Below are positions 8,205-16,978 of a stretch of DNA of 64,000 nucleotides, in pieces; position 1 is the first letter of the stretch, and every line of letters starts with the position of its first letter. The position numbers and the translations under genes are program-made. The notes beneath the pieces were generated by a model, which searched no databases, was not told the origin of the DNA, and saw only the letters and a program-made list of their open reading frames with translations. This stretch comes from Alphaproteobacteria bacterium (GTDB lineage Bacteria; Pseudomonadota; Alphaproteobacteria; MPNO01), in the NCBI GenBank assembly GCA_965248835.1, contig CBDFLJ010000001.1, positions 864,001 to 928,000 on the forward strand. The letters run 5' to 3'.

Positions 8205-11119
8205 GCGGCAGCTTCCGCCTGCCGCACCGACCCGGGATCGGCACGCGCATCGACCGGGGCCGCACGGTGGGGTTTTCCTTCGAAGGCCGCGCCGCTGCGG
8301 GATTTGCCGGCGATACGATCGCAAGCGCCCTGGCGGCCGGCGGCGTGCGGACCCTGTCGCGCTCCTTCAAGTACCGCCGGCCGCGCGGCATCCTGACCAT
8401 GGCCGGCCATGACGCGAACTCCCTGGTCCAGCTCCCGGGCGAGCCCAACGTGCCGGCCGACACGCGGCCGATCGTCGAGGCGATGGCGGTGATGGGCCAG
8501 AACTACGAGGGATCGCTGGAACGCGACCGCGGCGCGCGGATCGAACATCTTTCCCGGTTCCTTCCGGTCGGCTTCTACTACAAGGCCTTCTTCCGCCCGA
8601 AGGGCGCATGGCGGTTCTGGGAGCCGATCATCCGGGCGCGGGCCGGGCTCGGCGCGGTCGACGTGGGCGCGGCGCCCGGCTATTTCGACAAGACGCACGG
8701 CTTCTTCGACGTCGTGGTCGTCGGTGCCGGCGCCGCCGGGCTTGCCGCCGCAGCCGCGGCCGCCGACGCCGGCGCGCAGACGCTGCTGGTCGACGACCAG
8801 CCCGACATCGGCGGCGCCCTGGGCTATGCGCGCATGGATGCCGACGGGATCGCGGCGGCCGAGGCGCGCACCGCCCTGGTCGAGGCGGTCGCGGCGGCGG
8901 CCAACCTTAGCGTCATGACCGCGGCGTCCTGCCAGGGCTGGTACGCCGACCACTGGCTTGCGATCGTTCAGGCGAACCGGTTGCACAAGGTGCGTGCGCG
9001 CAGGGTGGTGCTCGCAACCGGTGCGCACGAACAGCCCGTCGTCTTCCGCAACAACGACCTGCCCGGGGTGATGCTCGCCTCGGCCGCGCAGCGGTTGATC
9101 CGGCACTACGCGGTCGCGCCGGGCCGCCGTGCGGTCGTCGTCGCGGCGAGCCATGACGGCTATCGCGCCGCGCTCGACCTCCACGAGGCGGGGATCGAGG
9201 TCGCTGCGGTCCTCGATTTGCGCCACGACCCGATGGCCTCTCCCGAGGCCGCCGCGCTCGCCGATCACGCGGTCGCCGTGATGACCGGCCACACCGTCAG
9301 CGAGGCGCGGCGGCGGCGCGGCGCCCAGGATGTCGGCTCGGTCATCGCCTCGCCGATCGTCGGTCGGGGACGGTTCGGCGAACCCGGCAGGCGGATCGAC
9401 TGCGACCTCGTGTGCATGGAAGCGGGCTGCATCCCGGCCGGCCAGCTCGCCTGCAACGCCGGCGCGCGGCTGGTCTGGAAGCCGGACAACGCGGGCCTCG
9501 CCGTCGAGAGCGCGCCCGACGGGATGCTGCTCGCCGGATCGGTCGCCGGCGTTCATGCGCTCGAGGCGGCGATCGCCGATGGCCGCCGGGCCGGGTGGAC
9601 GGCGGCCCTGGCGCTCGGCCTGGATGCCGGCGAGGAACCGCCCGCGCCGCCTGATGTCGAACGCGACCGCAATCTTCCCTGGCCGATCTTCGCCCATCGC
9701 AGGGGTAAGGAGTTCGTCGACTTCGACGAGGACTTGCAAATCCGCGACATCACCGATGCCGCGGCGGAGGGCTATGACGACATCGAGCTGCTCAAGCGCT
9801 ACGCGACCGTGGGCATGGGGCCTTCGCAAGGCCGCCACTCGGCGCTGGCCTCGCTCCGCCTCGCGGCCGATGCCACAGGGCGCGATCCCCGACAGGTCGG
9901 CACGACCACCACCCGCCCGCCGGTTACCGGCCAGAGGCTCGGCGTGCTTGCCGGACGCGGCTTCGAGCCGGTGCGTCACACCCCGATGCACCATCGCCAT
10001 CTCGAGGCCGGTGCGCAGATGATGCTGGCGGGCGCCTGGCTGCGGCCGGCCTATTATGCCGTCTCATCTGCGCGCGAGGCGGCCATTGCCGAGGAAGCCC
10101 GCCACGTGCGCGAATCGCTCGGGCTGATCGACGTCTCCACGCTCGGCGGGCTCGAGATCCGTGGGCCGGATGCGGCGGAGTTCCTCAACCGGATGTACAC
10201 CTTCGCCTATCTTCGCCAGGAGGTCGGCCGACTGCGCTACGTCCTGATGTGCGACCGGACCGGAGCGATCATCGACGACGGCGTCGCCTGCCGGCTGGCG
10301 GACGAGCATTTCTACGTCACCGCGACCACCGGCGGGGTCGACGGCGTCTACCGCGAGATGCTCTGGTGCAACGCCCAGTGGCGGCTGGATGTCGATATCG
10401 CCAACGTCACCGCCGCCTGGTGCGGGGTGAACATCGCCGGCCCGCGGGCGCGCGAGGCTCTGGCCGGCCTCGTGGAAGGGATCGATCTGTCGCCGCAGGC
10501 CTTTCCCTATCTCGGCGTGCGCACCGGCCAAGTCGCCGGCATCGATGCAAGGCTTCTGCGCGTCGGCTTCGTCGGCGAGCTGGGCTATGAGATCCATGTG
10601 CCGGCGTCCTGCGGCGAAACGCTGTGGGATATGCTGATCGAGGCCGGCGCTTGCCATTTCATCCGGCCTTTCGGGGTCGAGGCCCAGCGGCTGCTGCGCC
10701 TGGAGAAGGGCCACATCATCGTTGGCCAGGACACCGACGGCCTGACCACGCCCTCGGAGGCCGATATGGATTGGGCGGTCTCGCGCCGCAAACCGTTCTT
10801 CGTCGGCGCCAGCGCGATCGAGATCCGGGGCCGCAACCCGCCGGCGCGCAAGCTGGTCGGCTTCGTCCTGCCCGAGCCCGACGCCGCCCCGCCCGAGGAA
10901 TGCTGCCTGGTCGTCCGGGGCGGCGACATCACGGGCCGGGTAACCTCGGCGATGCGCTCGCCCACGATCGGCCGGGTCATCGGGCTCGCGTTCGTCCCGC
11001 CGGAGGACGCCGCGCCCGGCAGCCGCTTCGAGATCCGCCGCCCGGACGGCAGCATGGTCGCGGCCGAGGTCGCAAAAATCCCGTTCTACGACCCCGACAA
11101 CGCCCGGCAGGACGGCTGA
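8201..11119 (+). CDS. mgdC: N-methylglutamate dehydrogenase subunit C (SoxA-like, GcvT folate-binding C-terminus)
   Basis: GDTIASAL, SRSFKYRRPRG, GAGAAG, KRYATVGMGPSQG, DVSTLG, GFVGELGYEIH, LRLEKGH; GTG start overlaps mgdB stop. Confidence 0.9.
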   Translation: MSGSFRLPHRPGIGTRIDRGRTVGFSFEGRAAAGFAGDTIASALAAGGVRTLSRSFKYRRPRGILTMAGHDANSLVQLPGEPNVPADTRPIVEAMAVMGQNYEGSLERDRGARIEHLSRFLPVGFYYKAFFRPKGAWRFWEPIIRARAGLGAVDVGAAPGYFDKTHGFFDVVVVGAGAAGLAAAAAAADAGAQTLLVDDQPDIGGALGYARMDADGIAAAEARTALVEAVAAAANLSVMTAASCQGWYADHWLAIVQANRLHKVRARRVVLATGAHEQPVVFRNNDLPGVMLASAAQRLIRHYAVAPGRRAVVVAASHDGYRAALDLHEAGIEVAAVLDLRHDPMASPEAAALADHAVAVMTGHTVSEARRRRGAQDVGSVIASPIVGRGRFGEPGRRIDCDLVCMEAGCIPAGQLACNAGARLVWKPDNAGLAVESAPDGMLLAGSVAGVHALEAAIADGRRAGWTAALALGLDAGEEPPAPPDVERDRNLPWPIFAHRRGKEFVDFDEDLQIRDITDAAAEGYDDIELLKRYATVGMGPSQGRHSALASLRLAADATGRDPRQVGTTTTRPPVTGQRLGVLAGRGFEPVRHTPMHHRHLEAGAQMMLAGAWLRPAYYAVSSAREAAIAEEARHVRESLGLIDVSTLGGLEIRGPDAAEFLNRMYTFAYLRQEVGRLRYVLMCDRTGAIIDDGVACRLADEHFYVTATTGGVDGVYREMLWCNAQWRLDVDIANVTAAWCGVNIAGPRAREALAGLVEGIDLSPQAFPYLGVRTGQVAGIDARLLRVGFVGELGYEIHVPASCGETLWDMLIEAGACHFIRPFGVEAQRLLRLEKGHIIVGQDTDGLTTPSEADMDWAVSRRKPFFVGASAIEIRGRNPPARKLVGFVLPEPDAAPPEECCLVVRGGDITGRVTSAMRSPTIGRVIGLAFVPPEDAAPGSRFEIRRPDGSMVAAEVAKIPFYDPDNARQDG

Positions 11120-11121
11120 GC

Positions 11122-11829
11122 ATGGCCGCGCCCGAGCCGACGCAATTCGCCCGGCGCAGCTTCGTCTACCGCCGGCTCGCCGCGTCCGGCGCTCGTTTCG
11201 CGGCGCTGGGCGATGCCGCGGTGGCGCACGATTTCGGCGATCCCGCCTCGGAAACCGATCGTGCCCGCGCGCTCGGGCTCGCCGATCTGTCGCCGCTGCC
11301 GCGCACCGGGTTCAAGGGCCCGGCGGCGCTCGCCTGGCTCGCGGCCCAGGGATTGACCGGTCTGGACACCGACCACCGCGCCGATGCGCAGGCCGGCGGC
11401 GCGCTCGCCGCACGGCTCGCCCCCACCGAGGCGCTGATCATCGGCGCCCTCGACGCCGAGGACGGCCTGTGCGCAGCCCTGGATTCGGCGCACGCGGCGC
11501 AGGCCCCGCCCGGGTGCCACCGCATCATGCGGCGCGAGGCGTCCTTTCACTTCGTGCTCGCCGGCACCGACGGCGCGGCGATGATGGCCAAGCTCTGCGC
11601 GGTCGATCTGCGCGCGTCCGCCTTCCCGGCCGGCGCCGGCGCCCAGACCTCGGTCGCGCATCTGTCGATGATCGTCATCGCCGTGGTTCTGGGGGCAACG
11701 CCCGCCTTCCACCTGCTGGGCGACAGCGCCTCGGCCGGCTATGCCTGGGACGCGATCGGCGATGCCATGGCCGGGTTCGGCGGCGCCCCGGTGGGGCTGG
11801 CGGCGCTGCGTGCGCTCGGGCGCGGCTGA
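11122..11829 (+). CDS. mgdD: N-methylglutamate dehydrogenase subunit D (SoxG-like)
   Basis: LADLSPLPRTGFKG, AKLCAVDLR, AQTSVA; follows mgdC by 2 bp. Confidence 0.82.
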   Translation: MAAPEPTQFARRSFVYRRLAASGARFAALGDAAVAHDFGDPASETDRARALGLADLSPLPRTGFKGPAALAWLAAQGLTGLDTDHRADAQAGGALAARLAPTEALIIGALDAEDGLCAALDSAHAAQAPPGCHRIMRREASFHFVLAGTDGAAMMAKLCAVDLRASAFPAGAGAQTSVAHLSMIVIAVVLGATPAFHLLGDSASAGYAWDAIGDAMAGFGGAPVGLAALRALGRG

Positions 11830-11838
11830 TCTGGTCCC

Positions 11839-12891
11839 TCAGCCGGCCTCGGCGAGCCGGCGGTGCTGTTCCAGAACGTCGGGCAGCGTATCGGGGTCGC
11901 CGCGGCCGAGCCCGCATTCGGCCGCCACACCGGCGACCAGCGCATGGCTGCGGGCTGCGGCCAGCTTGGCGGCGTTGCCCTGCGGATCGCCTTCGTGGAC
12001 CAGACCGAGATAGAGCGCCGTTCCGGCCGGCAGGCGGAGGTCGTCGAGCGGGCTGAAATAGGCGTCGTCACTCCTGTCCCTGGGCACCGGCATGTGGATG
12101 TACTGGACCGGCCGGGCGACCGCGCCGAGGATACCGTTGGCGATCTCGACCATGACCGCCATGTCCTTGGGCTGGACCATGTGCTCGTCGCGCGGGCTGC
12201 CGTAGCACAGGTGGTAGCCGAGATCGATCGTCTGCGGCACCAGGTCGCCGATGCTTCCCAGCGTCGTCACGATCTGGTCCTTGAACCCGGCGGGCTGGTC
12301 GAAATAGCCCTCCCACATCAGGACCTCCTGGCAGACGTCCCATTGGTAGGAGATCTCGCCGTGCGGCAACGCGGCGGCGATGCGCTCGAACTCCTCTCTC
12401 AGGTGCCTCGAATAAGCCGGCAGGAACGCGCCATAGGCCTTGGGCGAGATGAAGTTGTAGGTAATCGCCAGGGGCGTTGCCATGCAGATCTGGTATTTCA
12501 CCCCGGCGGGGACGACGCCGTCATCCTTGAGCCGCTTGAAGTCCTCGTAGTTGCGGATCGCATCATCGGCATAGCCGGTCTGGAACCGCAGCGCGGCCGG
12601 ATCGACGCGTTCCTTCACCCGGATGCGCTCGACCACGTAGACCACCTTGCCGTCCCATTGCTTGAATTCGAACGGCGGGATCGTCGGGTCGATCTCGAGG
12701 TCGGGATGCGCCTTGAGTTGGTCGTTGATGAAGCTGATCCACCGGGTGCGCCGCCCGGTCTCGCCGTCGGGGATGCGCTGCATGTGGGCGCCGAGCGAGT
12801 CCGCGATGGTACGGAAAGCGGTCGCCGCATCGGCAAGCGGCAGGCTGCCGACCATGTGGACGATGGGGTCGTTCCCGGTCTCGGCGCTCAT
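11839..12891 (-). CDS. cobalamin-independent methionine synthase-like (MetE/URO-D fold) protein
   Basis: HMVGSLP, RIPDGETG.R..W, QWDV..E, GYHLCYG, IHMPVP, LYLGLVH, ECGLGR; start placed at MSAETG after a GGGAGG RBS. Confidence 0.75.
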   Translation of the reverse strand: MSAETGNDPIVHMVGSLPLADAATAFRTIADSLGAHMQRIPDGETGRRTRWISFINDQLKAHPDLEIDPTIPPFEFKQWDGKVVYVVERIRVKERVDPAALRFQTGYADDAIRNYEDFKRLKDDGVVPAGVKYQICMATPLAITYNFISPKAYGAFLPAYSRHLREEFERIAAALPHGEISYQWDVCQEVLMWEGYFDQPAGFKDQIVTTLGSIGDLVPQTIDLGYHLCYGSPRDEHMVQPKDMAVMVEIANGILGAVARPVQYIHMPVPRDRSDDAYFSPLDDLRLPAGTALYLGLVHEGDPQGNAAKLAAARSHALVAGVAAECGLGRGDPDTLPDVLEQHRRLAEAG

Positions 12892-13081
12892 CGCGGTCCT
12901 CCCTGGCGTGCGTGGCCACGGCCGGAGTGTGAGACCGGACCACGCCCCTGTCCAGGACCGCATCCGGCCGGTCGCCGCGGGAAGGCGAGGCTGCGCACAA
13001 TGCCTGGCGACCTGTCCGAACGGGTCCAAGGAAGCCGAGATCATCGAGGCGATCCTGCCGCGCGAGCCGGGGTTCCCGACA

Positions 13082-13120
13082 CCATGCCCCAATTCGCGGC
13101 GCGCGCGAATTGGGGCATGG
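13082..13120. repeat. perfect 17-bp inverted repeat (hairpin)
   Basis: CCATGCCCCAATTCGCG-gcgcg-CGCGAATTGGGGCATGG. Confidence 0.9.
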
Positions 13121-13216
13121 GAGAACCCCTGAGCTCCTCGCCCGACGCCCACGATCGAGGGCCTATCGAGACCGCACGAACGTCCGTGTAACGTCTTCAC
13201 GAGGAAAAACGCGCCA

Positions 13217-13336
13217 ATGGAGTCCTGCGTCTTTTGTAAAATTGCTGCCGGTCCCTTGCCCGCGAGCGACGTCTTTCGAGATCGCGCAGTGATGGCGTTC
13301 ATGGATATCCAGCCCGGCATCGATGAGCATCGATGA
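13217..13336 (+). pseudogene. HIT family protein, N-terminal remnant
   Basis: GAGGA upstream; translates MESCVFCKIAAGPLPASDVFRDRAVMAFMDIQP, then stops at a 10-bp tandem duplication. Confidence 0.8.
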
Positions 13337-13481
13337 ACACCACCGCCTTGCATCCGGTCGCACGGGCGTGGCCGTCACAGATACCGGAGGCTACGCGTTC
13401 CTGGCGGTCGTACATCAGGGAGATTTCGTTCCGACAGGCGATCTGATCGAGAAGTCGGCCGATCGTTTCCGCGACGTCCAT
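13337..13481 (-). pseudogene. thiamine-pyrophosphate enzyme N-terminal remnant
   Basis: MDVAETIG...RQERVASGICDGHARATG resembles the R-x-E....ADG(Y)AR.TG motif of ALS-like enzymes. Confidence 0.55.
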
Positions 13482-13822
13482 GGCGTCCTATTCCGCTCCG
13501 CGCCTATCCACTATGCCCCGATCCTTCAGGTCGGACAAAGCGGGCCGTCGCGTTCGTGACGTCGGGCGACGCGCGGAGCTTGGCCGCGGTCAATTCCCGC
13601 GCCAGATGACGGGGAACAGTTCGTCGTTTTCTGGGGCGCCCCGTTTTCGAGATCGGGCTACTCGGGCAAGGCCATCACGTGCGGGCGTCGGTCCCAAGTC
13701 ACGTCGTCACCCAAATACCGGATCGACAATGCCATCCTGCGCATGCCTTGCGACGCGTTGCCCCCGGCGCCGTGGACGGTGAGCGGGTGGTGGCAGATGC
13801 AGTCGCCCGCTTCCACGTCTCA

Positions 13823-14764
13823 GAGCCGATCCGGAAAGTTTGAATCTATGGTGAGTGGGTTGCGGCGAGTCTGCGCAGCATGATGCGGATCATGGCGAGT
13901 CGGATGAAGGCGACGACGGATCGAACGTGACGTTCGAAGTCGCGAGCGAGGCGCCTGTTGCGGCTGATCCAGGCGAAGGTGCGTTCGACAATCCAACGCT
14001 TTGGCAGCACCTCGAAGCGGGGCACGTCGTTGCGCTTGACGATCTCGAGCCGCCAACCCCCGGTCTTGGCGACAGTCGCGGCCATCTTCGGTCCCTGATA
14101 GCCGCCGTCGGCGTAGATCACCTCGATGAATGGGAACCGTCGCCGGGTGCGGCGCAAGAGCTCGTGGGCACCGTCGCGATCCTGAACGTCGCCGGAATGC
14201 ACCACGATGCCCAGCATCAGGCCGAGCGTGTCGACCATGATGTGCCGCTTGCGACCGGTGACCTTCTTGCCCGCATCGAAGCCTTGATCGTCGATCGACG
14301 CCCCCCTTTTTGCGCCGCCTTGGCGCTCTGGCTGTCGATGACCGCGGCCGACGGGCTGGCTTCGCGTCCTTCCTCATCGCGCACCGCGACGTAGAGTTCA
14401 TGATGGATCCGCTCCAGCGTGCCATCCCACTCCCATAGATCGAAATAGTCGTACACCGTCGACTTCGGCGGCAGATCCTTGGGCAGTGCATTCCACTGGC
14501 AGCCCGTGGACAGCACGGTGAAGATGCCGTTCAGAACCTCGCGCACGTCGACTGAGCGCTTGCGCCCGCCGCGCTTGGCAGGCGGGATCATTGGCGCGAT
14601 CAGCGCCCACTCGGCGTCGGTCAGATCACTCGGATAGCGAAGTCCGCGACGCTCCGCCGCGCGGCGGTGTTCCGCAGTCCACATCGGGCTTCCTCCTGTA
14701 AACCGGATGCCCAGCACAGAATCACAAACGATTCTTCCGATTCAAGAACTTTCCGGAAGGGCTC
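13823..14764 (-). mobile_element. IS5 family (IS1031-like) insertion sequence, 942 bp
   Basis: Terminal IRs GAGCCGATCCGGAAAGTT / GAGCCCTTCCGGAAAGTT (16/18 match); 3-bp TCA duplication at 13820-13822 and 14765-14767. Confidence 0.93.
13846..14684 (-). CDS. IS5 transposase split over two frames (probable programmed frameshift)
   Basis: RYPSDLTDAEW, GCQWNALPKD, IDSQS in frame 1; DAGKKVTGRKRHIMVDTLG, ADGGY, RWIVERTFAW in frame 2; A5G6 run at 14301-14311. Confidence 0.88.
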
Positions 14765-15217
14765 TCAGGCCAGGAACGCGAGCGAGGGATCGTCGCTGCG
14801 GTCACCGAAATCCGGACGCTGCTCCAGACCCGGATCATTGAATGCGGCATCCTCGTCGGGCGTCACCGGGCAGTCGAACTTGTCCCAGCGGTGCGAGCCG
14901 GCAATGTATTCGAGCCCGCCATCGCCCTTGCCGCATCCGTCATCTGATGGTTGTAGTGAGGCCGAACTCTAGTTGCATGGGATCAGCTGCCCTAATGGGA
15001 TGAACCGCCCTGTCGCGAGACGGCGTCGTGGACCGGCACCTAGCGTGCGCATCACGCCGACATAGGGCGGCGCATTTTCCGGCCGCAACGTCTCGTGCGC
15101 TGCCGCTCGGTCATATGACGCGATGGAACCGCTATCCGGACACGTATAATCGATCGGCGCCGGGGTCCGACCGACCGCCCACGAGGCTCCGGCACGGACC
15201 GGCGGTGAGGAGAGACA

Positions 15218-16471
15218 ATGTGGAATGAGGTCGCCGCCAGGATCGATTCGAATTACCGCTTCGCCGTCTTGGCGGCGTCGATTTTGCTGCTGCTGGTGGG
15301 TTCGGGCAGCACGTTCATCATCGTCGTGGCGCTGAAGCCGATCGCGCAGGAATTCAGCTGGCCGCGCGCCGTCCCCTCGCTCGCCTTCTCGATGCAATTC
15401 ATCGGCTCTGGTTTCGGCGGCATCGCGATGGGCTACGTGATGGATCGGATGGGCATGGGTAAACCGGCGCTGGTCGGATCGGTCATGATCGGTTGCAGCG
15501 CGCTCGCGGTCAGCGCCATCAGCAACGAGTGGCAGCTCTACGCGATCTATTTGATCATGGTCGGATTCCTGGGCATGGGCGCGTTGGCCGCACCGGCGAT
15601 GGCCAATATCACCCGCTGGTACGAACGGCACCGCGGCATGGCGGTCGGTATCGTCGCGAGCGGCAACAGCCTGGCCGGGATCGTTTGGCCGCCCATCTTC
15701 GGCCACTTCATCGACTCAGTCGGCTGGCGCCAGACATTCTTCTGGTTCGGTGTTTTCGCCCTGTGCGTGATGCTGCCGCTGTCGCTGATCATGCAGCGCC
15801 GGCCGCCGCCTCCCGCCAACGTCGTCGATCATGTCTCCGCGGCGCCAGCCTCGCAGCCCAGGCGGCGGATGCCGACCCGTCCGCTGTCGGTCAATGCCAC
15901 GCAGATCATTCTGTGCTGTGCGATCGTCGGGTGCTGCGTCGCGATGGCGCTGCCGCTCGGCCACCTGGTCGCCTATGTGACCGATCTTGGCCATCCGGTT
16001 GCCAATGCGGTCGAGATTCTCTCGGTCATGCTGATGACTTCCTTCCTCAGCCGGTCGATCTTCGTCGGCCTGTTGGCGGATCGTTTCGGCGGCCTCGTGT
16101 CGTTGTTCTTCTTCGCCGGCGTCCAGGCAGCCATGCTCGCGATGCTCACCGTGGTCGATGACCTAGCTGGGCTCTATATCGTCGCCGCCCTGTTCGGTCT
16201 CGGCTATGGCGGGATCTTCCCGGTCTATGCGGTGATCGTACGCGAACATATGCCAATCGGTCAGGCGGGCCGGCGAACCGGCATCGTCTTTCTGTTCGGC
16301 GCCGTCGCGATGGGCTTCGGCAGCTGGATGGGTGGCGTCCTGTTCGACGCGACCGGCGGCTATACCCTGGCCTTCCTCGGCGGCGTCGTGTTCAATGTCG
16401 CGACCCTGGCGATCGTCGGCGCGCTGATATTGCGGACCGGATCGCGGACCGTACGGTTCGCGACCGAATAA
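15218..16471 (+). CDS. MFS transporter
   Basis: About 12 hydrophobic segments, G..MDRMG and GLLADRFG motif-A loops, GAGGAG RBS. Confidence 0.9.
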   Translation: MWNEVAARIDSNYRFAVLAASILLLLVGSGSTFIIVVALKPIAQEFSWPRAVPSLAFSMQFIGSGFGGIAMGYVMDRMGMGKPALVGSVMIGCSALAVSAISNEWQLYAIYLIMVGFLGMGALAAPAMANITRWYERHRGMAVGIVASGNSLAGIVWPPIFGHFIDSVGWRQTFFWFGVFALCVMLPLSLIMQRRPPPPANVVDHVSAAPASQPRRRMPTRPLSVNATQIILCCAIVGCCVAMALPLGHLVAYVTDLGHPVANAVEILSVMLMTSFLSRSIFVGLLADRFGGLVSLFFFAGVQAAMLAMLTVVDDLAGLYIVAALFGLGYGGIFPVYAVIVREHMPIGQAGRRTGIVFLFGAVAMGFGSWMGGVLFDATGGYTLAFLGGVVFNVATLAIVGALILRTGSRTVRFATE

Positions 16472-16543
16472 CAGGTGGCCGATTGGATCCTTGCCGAGCA
16501 GGATGGTCGGCACCGACCGACCGAGAGGGGGCCGTCGACGGCC

Positions 16544-16774
16544 ATGCAATCGAACCGGCTGTCCGAGCCGCTGGGCGCCGAGATCCTGGGGCTTGTCTCA
16601 CCAAGAAGATCCGCAACGAGACGGTCGATGCGCGCCGCCGGGGCACTCTCGAGCATCATCTGTTCGTGGTCTGCGACAGCATATCGAGCCGGGCGACCAG
16701 GGGCGGTTCTGCCGGCTGTTCGGCGAGTCCAGCCGCAGCGGATTGCCGCCGAGCTCGAATCCAAGGACCACGTC
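16544..16774 (+). pseudogene. TauD/TfdA dioxygenase N-terminal remnant (frameshifted)
   Basis: MQSNRLSEPLGAEILGL / LTKKI..ETV...LEHHLFV / HIEPGDQGRFCRLFGE across three frames. Confidence 0.7.
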
Positions 16775-16905
16775 GGCATGATGCTGCATCAGGACGGCTC
16801 GCGCCATGAGTGGTTGGCCGGCAAGCGCCGCCAGACCTGATCGTGACCGTGGCCGACGCCACCGGTGAGATCCACTCGGTCTCCCTGGTCGAGGAGGACG
16901 GCACC
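16775..16905 (+). pseudogene. ISNCY (IS1202-like) transposase fragment
   Basis: GMMLHQDGSRHEWL / DLIVTVADATGEIHSVSLVEEDGT, matching the HQDGS.H.W..DLIVT.DDAT..I....EEEGT core. Confidence 0.7.
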
Positions 16906-16978
16906 CGGTGCGAGATCGGGGCTGCGCTGTCGCCGGCGGCGATTGACCGCCGACACGCCCGGCCTCACTATCGTCGCG

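Larger units (their letters stand above)
13590..14945 (-). pseudogene. phytanoyl-CoA dioxygenase (PhyH) family C-terminal remnant, interrupted by IS5
   Basis: Joining the IS flanks gives GLEYIAGSHRW...FLA*DVEAGDCICHHPLTVHGAGGNAS..RRMALSIRYLGDD; a further TAG and a frameshift lie near the end. Confidence 0.8.

Noticed and set aside
6657-11829. Canonical sarcosine oxidase soxBDAG
   Set aside because: The context with mgsABC and gmaS favours N-methylglutamate dehydrogenase; a phylogeny would be needed to exclude it fully.
13820-13822. TGA recoded as Trp or Sec in the PhyH gene
   Set aside because: TGA terminates many genes in this window, and the same frame also has a TAG, a frameshift and an IS insertion.
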